DNA of 56,546 nt from Candidatus Pacearchaeota archaeon (GTDB taxonomy: Archaea; Nanobdellota; Nanobdellia; Pacearchaeales; GW2011-AR1): assembly GCA_017608705.1 (NCBI GenBank), contig JAFCFJ010000007.1:1-56546 (forward strand), read 5' to 3'. The notes under the pieces are model-generated. The model ran no database searches. It was given only the letters and a program-made list of their open reading frames with translations, and had not been told where the DNA came from. This document shows, one piece after another, positions 8,985-16,969 of the stretch. Within the stretch, counting starts at the first letter, position 1; each line of letters opens with the position of its first letter. A program made the translations under genes and the position numbers.

Positions 8985-9431
8985 ATGGAAAACTCTTTCG
9001 TGTTGCTCCTAAACCACACCCTTGAGGAATGGATAGATATTGTTAGGAGACACATTGATGAAACTAAAAGATGTATAGAAAGAATTAAAAATGGTGAAGC
9101 AAAGAAGCGCTTTGTTTATTACTGGATTCTCGAAAATCAAATCTTGGTAGGCAATAATTCAATAAATAAGTATATAAGTTCGGAAGAAAGAAAAAAGGCC
9201 AAGGAATTGGTAGAAAGATTTGAGGTGATAATGAAAAAATATGGATGTTTTGCTCCAGAAAGTAAGAAGATCTACGAAGACAAGAACTTTCTTCTTATCT
9301 ATAAAGAAAAACTTGGTCTCGAGGAGAAAATATTAGAGGTGCTAAAAACAGTCAGTCATCCTTGGCATAAAAAGAGCATAGCTCTTACAAAAGAAAGCCA
9401 TTTTTACCAGGAGAATCCTAAAGCTGAATGA
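8985..9431 (+). CDS. hypothetical protein
   Basis: A 148-aa ORF in a visibly more AT-rich stretch. No motif recognised. Confidence 0.35.
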   Translation: MENSFVLLLNHTLEEWIDIVRRHIDETKRCIERIKNGEAKKRFVYYWILENQILVGNNSINKYISSEERKKAKELVERFEVIMKKYGCFAPESKKIYEDKNFLLIYKEKLGLEEKILEVLKTVSHPWHKKSIALTKESHFYQENPKAE

Positions 9432-9435
9432 GGCC

Positions 9436-10209
9436 CTATAAATATTTCTTGATAATTTTAAGATAATCATTATTGAGTCCACCTAGCCGAAATATCACTA
9501 CTGTATCAATGTTTTGTTTTTTACAAAAAGATAAGTCCTTGTCTAATTTTTTTGGAGAAAGAATCGGCTCGTCTCCAAGGATTCCTCTTGCAATAGTTCC
9601 CAGTCCAACCTGCAGTTTATCACCTAATTCTTCAGCCCGTTTTTTGATATGGCTTTTTATTTTTTCCAAAACAAATTTGTTTTTTATCATACTGGAATAG
9701 AACATAACAATCTTTTTGTGAGGAAATCTCTCGATAGGATATGAAACTCCGAGCCACTCTAATTTCCGTTGCATAAAATCAGTAGCTATAGGATACTCTG
9801 CAGTCAAAATATCTAGATTCAATTTCTTTGAATCCCTGAAGATTTTTTCAATAATTTTTTTATTTCTGAAGAAAGAGAACAGATTGAATAAAAAAAGTTT
9901 TTTGTTCAGAAAAGGCAGTTCTAAATCTATAAGAATCTTGAGTGGCTTTTCTCGGCTGTTTTTCGCCAGTTCATCATAAAGATTTTTCAGCTCATATGTA
10001 TATGAGAAAGGAGAAATCCAATAAGATTTTTCAAGCACAGGCCAATAAGCTATTTCTATTTCAGAATTTATTTTTTTGATTCTCTCTTTGATTGATTCAA
10101 ACTGACTAAGAGACTTGGAAGCCAGATATAGGGTAGAATCGAAATTGATCAGCTTTAGCTTTTCGAGATTCTTCTCATTTGGAAATTCTTCAAAAAAGTC
10201 TACTCTCAT
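9436..10209 (-). CDS. hypothetical protein
   Basis: A 257-aa ORF, AT-rich and Lys/Ile/Phe-rich. No motif recognised. Confidence 0.4.
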   Translation of the reverse strand: MRVDFFEEFPNEKNLEKLKLINFDSTLYLASKSLSQFESIKERIKKINSEIEIAYWPVLEKSYWISPFSYTYELKNLYDELAKNSREKPLKILIDLELPFLNKKLFLFNLFSFFRNKKIIEKIFRDSKKLNLDILTAEYPIATDFMQRKLEWLGVSYPIERFPHKKIVMFYSSMIKNKFVLEKIKSHIKKRAEELGDKLQVGLGTIARGILGDEPILSPKKLDKDLSFCKKQNIDTVVIFRLGGLNNDYLKIIKKYL

Positions 10210-10371
10210 AATTAGTCAGATGAATAATGTATTTAAAATTATTTAGGTTAGTGCCCACCTATAACGGGCGCCATATTCAAAGTGAGAATTATCAAGGAGA
10301 GATTGGAAGATATCAGTTTGGTTTAAGAATAGGATAGTAAACTTTTTAAATTCCTAATATTTAATCAAATT

Positions 10372-10587
10372 ATGAACAAGTGGACTGAGATCATTGTCGG
10401 GCTTGTATTGCTGATAGGTATGGGCCTCATAGGTTACTATTCGCAGAATTGGGTTTGGTTTGGCAAGGACTTCAATTTCTTGCATGCAGCCTGGATATTC
10501 TTGAAAGGTGGGATTTTTTGGCTTGTGGTTATGATCGGCCTTGCGTTATTGATAATAGGAATCAGCGAGCTGAGAGAGAGCGAGTAA
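10372..10587 (+). CDS. small hypothetical membrane protein (2 TM segments)
   Basis: A 71-aa ORF with two hydrophobic helices. Confidence 0.35.
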   Translation: MNKWTEIIVGLVLLIGMGLIGYYSQNWVWFGKDFNFLHAAWIFLKGGIFWLVVMIGLALLIIGISELRESE

Positions 10588-10696
10588 GCGAATTGCAAAT
10601 TCATTTGGTTGGGTGGCCCCACGCCTACTCTGTTATATTTATTAATTTTTCTTACCAAAATGACGATAAAAATTAATAGTTCTTGCACCTTATTGT

Positions 10697-11950
10697 ATGA
10701 TGGAAAATATAATTATACCGAACGCTGAGTTATGCGCACGTTGTAAAGGCAGAGGCTATTGTGGTAGGCCTTGTCCCTTACTCGAGAAACTCAAAGCAGG
10801 AATGCCAAAGCCAAAACTTGCCTTCTCAGGAACCACACCCCCAGAAATCTTTGTGGGTAGACACAACTATCCATACGTTTATGCTGGCATCCTTGCTCCT
10901 GAAACCTATGAGGATACAGGTGAATATAGCATGCCAGAGAAATGGCATGAAAAAAAGCTGAGCATAGACCAAATCCTTGCATTACGTGGCCAGCTTGTTT
11001 ATAGCAGGTTCAGGCTCAGCATAAAAAGCGTAAAAAGTGGGTGGCATAACCAAGCAACAAGACTCCTCAGTGTTATGCAAGAAACGGCAATGGCAAGCAA
11101 ACCAACTACGGCAGAATTTAGGCTGAGAAAGCCGCCGGCAAAACGTTTGCTTCTCGACAGCCACATACCGATCATAGGAAATCCCGCACCACTCATTAAA
11201 GTTAGGCTTGAAGAAAATCCCCGTATTGAAAGAAAAGTAGAATATCTTGTGAATGATACTGATGTTAAAGCAAGCCAAGCAGTAATAGAGCTTTATAATT
11301 CAAGGATAGAAGTAAGCAATATAATAAAAGTATTGAGTGCTGGCTTGCTTGGCACGAAAACAAGGCGTAAGCTTGTACCTACAAGATGGGCTGTTACAGC
11401 CGTAGATGACACACTAAGCAAGAGAATGCTAGAGAAAATCCGTCACTATGATGAGATTTCAGAGTTCATGCTTTTCCATGCGGAGTATATCGGCAACCAT
11501 TATGAGTTCTTGCTCTTGCCAGATAAATTCGCATTTGAGGTGCTCGAAGCAAAGATGCCAGGCTCTGTGTGGAATCCTGGCATGAAACTCGTGGTGATGG
11601 AAGATTACGAAGGTTTCTATGGAAGGAAAAGCTATGCCTCTAACGTAACAGGAGCATATTACGCGAACAGACTTGCGCTTTGCGAGTATCTCATGCGTGT
11701 AAAAAGGCAAGCAGCTTGTCTAGTGATGAGAGAATGCAGACCAGAATACTATGCTCCGTGTGGCGTCGGTGTCTTGCGTGAGGCAAGCAGGCAAGCTTTT
11801 CGCAATAAGCCTGAAAGATTTGCTAATTTGCATGACGCGTTGGAAGCAGCAAACCAAAGACTAAGGTTGCCAATTGAGGAATTTACTAGGAGAAGCTGGC
11901 TACTCCGAAATTTTGGCAAGCAACAGAAACTGGATAGGTGGCTGAACTAG
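10697..11950 (+). CDS. Nre-family archaeal DNA repair protein (DUF650/DUF651, COG1602-like)
   Basis: The N-terminal cluster is LCARCKGRGYCGRPCPLLEK, followed by TPPEIFVGRHNYPYVYAGIL. The C-terminus ends in a PIP-box-like QQKLDRWL. Confidence 0.65.
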   Translation: MMENIIIPNAELCARCKGRGYCGRPCPLLEKLKAGMPKPKLAFSGTTPPEIFVGRHNYPYVYAGILAPETYEDTGEYSMPEKWHEKKLSIDQILALRGQLVYSRFRLSIKSVKSGWHNQATRLLSVMQETAMASKPTTAEFRLRKPPAKRLLLDSHIPIIGNPAPLIKVRLEENPRIERKVEYLVNDTDVKASQAVIELYNSRIEVSNIIKVLSAGLLGTKTRRKLVPTRWAVTAVDDTLSKRMLEKIRHYDEISEFMLFHAEYIGNHYEFLLLPDKFAFEVLEAKMPGSVWNPGMKLVVMEDYEGFYGRKSYASNVTGAYYANRLALCEYLMRVKRQAACLVMRECRPEYYAPCGVGVLREASRQAFRNKPERFANLHDALEAANQRLRLPIEEFTRRSWLLRNFGKQQKLDRWLN

Positions 11951-11957
11951 CGAGACA

Positions 11958-12572
11958 CTAAGTAAGCACGATAAATAAGGTTTCGATAAAAGCTGCTATC
12001 AACAAAAGAGGTACAATGAGAAGCAAGAAAACAGTCAAACCTTTCTCAAGCTCTTCAAGCAAAGCCATGCCCTTGTTTTTTGCAAAAATAAATGTACCTA
12101 TCTTTAAGCCAAAACTTGCTGCAATAAGAAAAGCAGGAAATTCAAAAATACCATGAGGCAAAAGTCTAAGTAGAATATGTATGCCGGACGATTCTACACT
12201 CCACTGCGAAACAATTCCTATAAGATATCCATTAGCGATTAAATTCAAAAAAGGAAAAATGCCAAGAGCTACGCCGCCAATAAGCACCAAAAAAGAAGTT
12301 TTGAGATTATTCTGGAAGATAAAAAGAAAAAGCTGTAAGAAATTCATTCCTTCAGTTATTTCAAGTATTCTCGAAATAAATTCCTGAACTCTCAAAAGCA
12401 AAAATTCTGGCTTATAAACAAAACTAAGAATAATTGCATTGGCAAAGAGAAGAAAAGAAAGAAAAATAAAACCTTTTGTTTCCTTGATGGAGCTGAAAAC
12501 ATAACTGTAACTCAAGCTTCTCTCAACTCTTTCGTTACTTTTCTCTCCTGCATTGAGCATTCCTAGCCCCAT
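11958..12572 (-). CDS. SpoIIM-like (DUF95) integral membrane protein
   Basis: IFQNNLKTSFLVLIGGVALGIFPFLNLIANGYLIG and PHGIFEFPAFLIAASFG are typical of the SpoIIM/DUF95 family. Confidence 0.65.
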   Translation of the reverse strand: MGLGMLNAGEKSNERVERSLSYSYVFSSIKETKGFIFLSFLLFANAIILSFVYKPEFLLLRVQEFISRILEITEGMNFLQLFLFIFQNNLKTSFLVLIGGVALGIFPFLNLIANGYLIGIVSQWSVESSGIHILLRLLPHGIFEFPAFLIAASFGLKIGTFIFAKNKGMALLEELEKGLTVFLLLIVPLLLIAAFIETLFIVLT

Positions 12573-12573
12573 T

Positions 12574-13224
12574 TCAATGTGAAAAATACCTCCTCAGTAG
12601 TCTGACCTTGCGTCTATATTTTCTTCTGAGGTAAAGGCCGTAAACAAGGCCTGCAATAGTGCCTCCAAGATGGGCTGTATTACCTATAGGCAAGCCAGCC
12701 AGGAAAGAGATTGCCCACAACCCAAAGAGCAGAACAATTATGGCTAGCCACAACGGCATTGGTACCACAAAGAATACATAAACTCGTAACCTAGGTATCA
12801 AAACAGCGAGTAAGGTGGCGAGTCCAAAAATAGCACCGGACGCTCCGACAGCATAACTGCTAAAATCTGCCTTGTAGAGAAGAGAACAAAGAATAAAAAA
12901 TAGAGCGGAAGAAAAACCTGCTATGAAATAGAAAGGTAAGAAGCGCTTTCTTCCTATAATTTGCTCTAGAAAATTCCCAATAAAAAACAAAGAAATCATA
13001 TTAACGAATAAATGAATTGCGCTCCCGTGTATAAACATATGTGTTAAGATTGTCCACAGATATTTCAGGGAAAAGATATTACTTGGCTTGAGAGCAAAAA
13101 AATCTATTATCTTTGTTTGGCCCACAAAAATCAGCAAAAGAAAAAATAAAAATGAGAGAACCACACTAATAAGGATAAGAATATTAGTCACGCTCATGCC
13201 AAAAGAATTTTTCATACGCCTCAT
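12574..13224 (-). CDS. rhomboid family intramembrane serine protease
   Basis: The catalytic GASGAIFG and the AHLGG histidine motif sit in a 6-TM context. HMFIHGSAIHLFVNM is also present. Confidence 0.85.
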   Translation of the reverse strand: MRRMKNSFGMSVTNILILISVVLSFLFFLLLIFVGQTKIIDFFALKPSNIFSLKYLWTILTHMFIHGSAIHLFVNMISLFFIGNFLEQIIGRKRFLPFYFIAGFSSALFFILCSLLYKADFSSYAVGASGAIFGLATLLAVLIPRLRVYVFFVVPMPLWLAIIVLLFGLWAISFLAGLPIGNTAHLGGTIAGLVYGLYLRRKYRRKVRLLRRYFSH

Positions 13225-13922
13225 TTTTTCCTCTTCCTGCTTTCCTTTTTCTTTTTCCCGCTTCTTTTTCTCTTTCCCCGCGCCGCAGATTTTTTCATAG
13301 TTTTCTTTTTCCCAGCAGTTTTTTTCTTCCTTTCCTTCTTCTTTTGCCTTGCCGCTTTCTTTTTGGTTTCTCTTTTCTTCTTTTCTTCCATTAACTCATC
13401 TCTTATCTTCCTTACCTCGATTATTTCTTGCTCGAGTGTTGTTGCCCTCTTTTTCAATTCTTTCAAATATTTTTGTGAGTCCACAAGTTGCAACACTTCA
13501 CCACACTCAGGACATGTAAACTCGTACAACAAGGCTGTCTCTTCACTAAACTCTGTTTCGCAAATAGGACAGACATAAAAACTTTTTGTTTCTCTTTTCT
13601 TAATTTCATGCTCTATTCTTTTTATCTCTTTGTCTATCATCTCAATAAGAAGCTCTAAAGCTCTTATGCTGTCTAATGTCCAATAATAAATATACCATCC
13701 TTTTCTCTTGTCTTTCTTCCTTATAGCACTAATAAGATTATGATGGGCAAGTTTGTAAAGCACATTTCTTACCTGATTTATGGTGAGCCCTGTTTTCTCC
13801 GCTATCTTGAACTCATTCACATCTTTTTTTCCCACCAACAACTCTATAATAGCATTAGCATTTTTGCCAGCAAGCCTTTCACCCAAAGATTTCAATAGTT
13901 TAGTAAGAAATTTCTTATCCAT
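13221..13922 (-). CDS. tfe: transcription factor E (TFE, TFIIE-alpha homologue) with a long Lys-rich tail
   Basis: The winged helix is VNEFKIAEKTGLTINQVRNVLYKLAHHNLISAIRKKDKRKGWYIYYWTL. The Zn ribbon is YVCPICE...FTCPECG. The C-terminal ~55 aa are almost entirely K/R/E. Confidence 0.8.
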   Translation of the reverse strand: MDKKFLTKLLKSLGERLAGKNANAIIELLVGKKDVNEFKIAEKTGLTINQVRNVLYKLAHHNLISAIRKKDKRKGWYIYYWTLDSIRALELLIEMIDKEIKRIEHEIKKRETKSFYVCPICETEFSEETALLYEFTCPECGEVLQLVDSQKYLKELKKRATTLEQEIIEVRKIRDELMEEKKKRETKKKAARQKKKERKKKTAGKKKTMKKSAARGKRKRSGKKKKESRKRKK

Positions 13923-14022
13923 GCATCCTGCCAGATAGGTTATAAATAAATATCTTTCGCTTTTCTGTCACCACTATAAAATTTAAGCAAACCTTTTTTA
14001 AATTGGTGGAGGGCATAGCTAT

Positions 14023-14679
14023 ATGGCTTTTTTCAAGAAATCAAAAACGAGTGAGCATGAAAAAAAAGAGGGTGAAAGTTTTGAAATCCCTGAATTGCCC
14101 CCAATAGAACAATCACTTATCAAGCCACGGATTCAACATGAAGAGATACCAAAACCACCAGCATTACCTACCTTTCCTGAAACAGAGACAGGGAGAAAAA
14201 TAAGTGAAAAGATAATAAAAGAAAGTGTTTCTATGCGAGAATCGGAGGAGCCACGGGTGATGGAATTAGGCGAGCCACCAGAAGTAATTACTTCAAAACC
14301 CGAACAAACATTGCCATCTGAGCAGACATCACCAATTTCTTCTCCTCTAGTAAACGACGAATTTTCTCCAAAACTTCCTCCGCAAACAATGACAAAAACT
14401 GCTGAGAGAGAAATGTGGAGCGAGGCAAAAGAAGAAATGAAAAGCAAAACTGTCGAGACAACGCCAGTCTTTGTGAAAATAGAGAAATTCAATGAAGCTC
14501 TCGAGATATTCAACGAGATAAAGAAAACTGCCAGCGAGATAGCAAAAGAACTAGAAGATATAAAAGAAACAAGAAAAAAAGAGGAGGAAGAAATAAAGAA
14601 ATGGGAAATGCAACTCGGAGAAATCAAAACAAAGCTTTCAATGCTTGAAACAGAATTCTTTGAGAAAGCGACAAAATGA
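14023..14679 (+). CDS. hypothetical protein: Pro/Glu-rich N-terminal half, coiled-coil C-terminus
   Basis: A 218-aa ORF. No catalytic motif is seen. The C-terminus PVFVKIEKFNEALEIFNEIKKTASEIAKELEDIKE looks helical. Confidence 0.4.
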   Translation: MAFFKKSKTSEHEKKEGESFEIPELPPIEQSLIKPRIQHEEIPKPPALPTFPETETGRKISEKIIKESVSMRESEEPRVMELGEPPEVITSKPEQTLPSEQTSPISSPLVNDEFSPKLPPQTMTKTAEREMWSEAKEEMKSKTVETTPVFVKIEKFNEALEIFNEIKKTASEIAKELEDIKETRKKEEEEIKKWEMQLGEIKTKLSMLETEFFEKATK

Positions 14680-15020
14680 GTGAGTTATATACAGCATTTG
14701 ACCTAAGGGCGATTACAGAAGCAAGAAAAAATCTGCTTTCTGCTCAACTCAACACAATAGAGATACTGAGAGTGATAAAAAGTTATAAGGAAATGAGAAA
14801 AGAGGAGCTAAACAGAAAAAGAGATATGCAAAAGAAACTCAACAAACTCAAAAGAGAGGTTGACGGGCTAATTAAGCTTCTTCCAAAAATCCCAAGAGAA
14901 AAAAAGAAGAAAGAAAAGAAGGAGACAAAAAAAGAGAAGAAACTGAAAATAGATAAGCTCGACCAAGAACTTGCAGAAATCAAGGCGAAGCTTGAAGAGC
15001 TGAACAAGAGGTTTTCCTAG
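14676..15020 (+). CDS. hypothetical coiled-coil, Lys-rich protein
   Basis: A 114-aa ORF whose ATGA start overlaps the stop of the preceding ORF, which suggests translational coupling. Confidence 0.4.
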   Translation: MSELYTAFDLRAITEARKNLLSAQLNTIEILRVIKSYKEMRKEELNRKRDMQKKLNKLKREVDGLIKLLPKIPREKKKKEKKETKKEKKLKIDKLDQELAEIKAKLEELNKRFS

Positions 15021-15188
15021 GTTTTTGATATTTGGATTGGCTGCCCTTTTTTTGCTTGATAATGAAGTATAAGAACAATAGAATATGTAACATTGTTTAG
15101 TCAAAATATGGCAAAAAGCCAAAAGCAAGTTGTGCTATAGTTGGCATGCCTCAGTAAAATTTTTAAGCCTCTGGCTGTTGTGCTTGCT

Positions 15189-16934
15189 ATGAAAGCACTT
15201 GGACGTAGAGAGCTTATCGAAGCTTATCTCAGCTTTTTCGAAAGTAAGGGCCATGTAAGAATACCCAGCGCGCCGCTTATTCCTGAAAACGATCCCACAG
15301 TTTTATTTACAACAGCAGGCATGCATCCACTCGTACCTTTCCTTCTGGGCCAACCACATCCTCTTGGTAAAAGGCTGTGCAATGTGCAGAAGTGTTTGCG
15401 TACAGATGATATCGAGAAGGTTGGTGATGAGTTCCATCATACGTTCTTCGAGATGCTTGGCAACTGGAGCCTCGGAGATTACTTCAAGAAAGAGGCAATA
15501 GAGTGGAGCTTTGAATTCTTGACAAAAGTGTTGGAAATTCCTGTTGAAAAGCTTGCTGTCAGTTGCTTTGCTGGCAACAAGGACATAGAGCGTGATGAAG
15601 AATCAGCAAAAATATGGCAACAACTCGGCATAGATAAGGAACGTATAGCATTCCTTGGCATGAAAGAGAATTGGTGGGGGCCTGTTGGCAAGACAGGACC
15701 TTGCGGTCCTGACACAGAGATGTTTGTTTATGTTGGTAAGGGCAAGCCTCATGGTAACCCGGGTGAAAATCCTGAGGACTGGTGTGAGATATGGAATGAT
15801 GTTTTCATGCAGTACTACAAGGACGAGAATGGCAACTATACAGAATTGGAACAAAAAAATGTAGATACAGGAATGGGTGTTGAGCGTGTTGTTGCCATCT
15901 TGAACGGCTTTCAAGATAATTATATGACAGAAATATTCCAGCCAATAATCAAAAAGCTTGAAGAACTAAGCAAGAAAAAATACGGGGAAAGCGAGCAAGA
16001 TACTAGGGCTATGCGTATAATAGCAGATCATTTGCGTGCTGCGGTATTCGTGCTAAGCGAGGGCATAGCGCCGGGAAATAAAGAGCAAGGTTATGTGTTG
16101 CGCCGTTTGATAAGGCGTGCAATAAGATTTGCACACATGCTCGGCATCAAAGAAAATTTCACTACAAGCATAGCAGAGATTATCATAGAACAGTACGAAC
16201 AAGATTATGGCGAGTTGAGCAAGAATAGGAATTTCATCATGGAAGAGCTAAGCAAGGAAGAAAATCGTTTCAGAAATGTACTGGAAAAAGGGCTAAGGTT
16301 GTTTGAAAAAACAATAAAACAGCTAAAAGAAGAAGGCAAGACCGAGATAGACGGCAAGACAGCATTCTTGCTTTACCAAAGTTACGGCTTCCCTGTAGAG
16401 ATGACAGAAGAGCTAGCAAAAGAGCAAGGCATGCAAGTAAATATGCATGAGTTTGAGCAAGAATACAAGAGACACCAGGAGCTGAGCAGAACTGCCACAG
16501 CAGGAAAATTCAAGTCAGGCCTGGCTGATATGAGCGAGCAAGCGAAAAAGTTGCATACAGCAACACACCTATTGCATGCTGCCCTGCGAAAAGTTCTCGG
16601 CGAGCACGTGCAGCAAAAAGGTTCAAACATTACTGCTGAACGCTTACGCTTTGATTTCAAGCTTGTGAATGAAAAAATCCAGGAAGGATTGCCTGTGAGG
16701 CGTGAAGAAATGACGCTTGAAGAGGCAAAGAAGAGAGGCGCGCTCGCATTCTTCGAGCATAAATATGGAGACAAAGTTTCGGTATATTTCATAGGGGAAC
16801 CTGGAAAGGAATTCAGCATAGAGGTTTGCGCAGGCCCGCATGTAAGCAACACGCGTGAGCTTGGCAAGTTCAAGATCGTAAAAGAAGAAAGCGTGGCTGC
16901 GGGAGTTCGTAGGATCAAGGCCGTGCTAGAATAA
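15189..16934 (+). CDS. alaS: alanyl-tRNA synthetase, bacterial-type, lacking the C-Ala domain
   Basis: DPTVLFTTAGMHPLVPFLLG and QKCLRTDDIEKVGDEFHHTFFEMLGNWSLGDYFK mark the catalytic core. The editing-domain motifs are HTATHLLHAAL and CAGPHV. The protein ends right after GVRRIKAVLE. I set the start at the ATG at 15189, about 20 nt after an AAAATTTTTAAG box; the track's TTG start is at 15141. Confidence 0.9.
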   Translation: MKALGRRELIEAYLSFFESKGHVRIPSAPLIPENDPTVLFTTAGMHPLVPFLLGQPHPLGKRLCNVQKCLRTDDIEKVGDEFHHTFFEMLGNWSLGDYFKKEAIEWSFEFLTKVLEIPVEKLAVSCFAGNKDIERDEESAKIWQQLGIDKERIAFLGMKENWWGPVGKTGPCGPDTEMFVYVGKGKPHGNPGENPEDWCEIWNDVFMQYYKDENGNYTELEQKNVDTGMGVERVVAILNGFQDNYMTEIFQPIIKKLEELSKKKYGESEQDTRAMRIIADHLRAAVFVLSEGIAPGNKEQGYVLRRLIRRAIRFAHMLGIKENFTTSIAEIIIEQYEQDYGELSKNRNFIMEELSKEENRFRNVLEKGLRLFEKTIKQLKEEGKTEIDGKTAFLLYQSYGFPVEMTEELAKEQGMQVNMHEFEQEYKRHQELSRTATAGKFKSGLADMSEQAKKLHTATHLLHAALRKVLGEHVQQKGSNITAERLRFDFKLVNEKIQEGLPVRREEMTLEEAKKRGALAFFEHKYGDKVSVYFIGEPGKEFSIEVCAGPHVSNTRELGKFKIVKEESVAAGVRRIKAVLE

Positions 16935-16969
16935 AAATAGTTTCTAAACTTTTTTTGTTTTGCTCAAAG

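Noticed and set aside
10248-10270. Hairpin GTGCCC-ACCTATAAC-GGGCGC in the divergent intergenic region 10210-10371
   Set aside because: It is a single short 6-bp stem with a G-U pair. It is not repeated, and there is no adjacent oligo-T tract or motif, so it cannot be distinguished from chance.
14133-14627. 164-aa minus-strand ORF; similarly 14783-15007
   Set aside because: They are antisense shadows of the Glu/Lys-rich plus-strand ORFs, and their translations are Ser/Phe-rich.
16382-16918. 178-aa minus-strand ORF
   Set aside because: It lies entirely antisense within alaS, which has unambiguous motifs. The sequence is Ser/Cys-rich with no motif.
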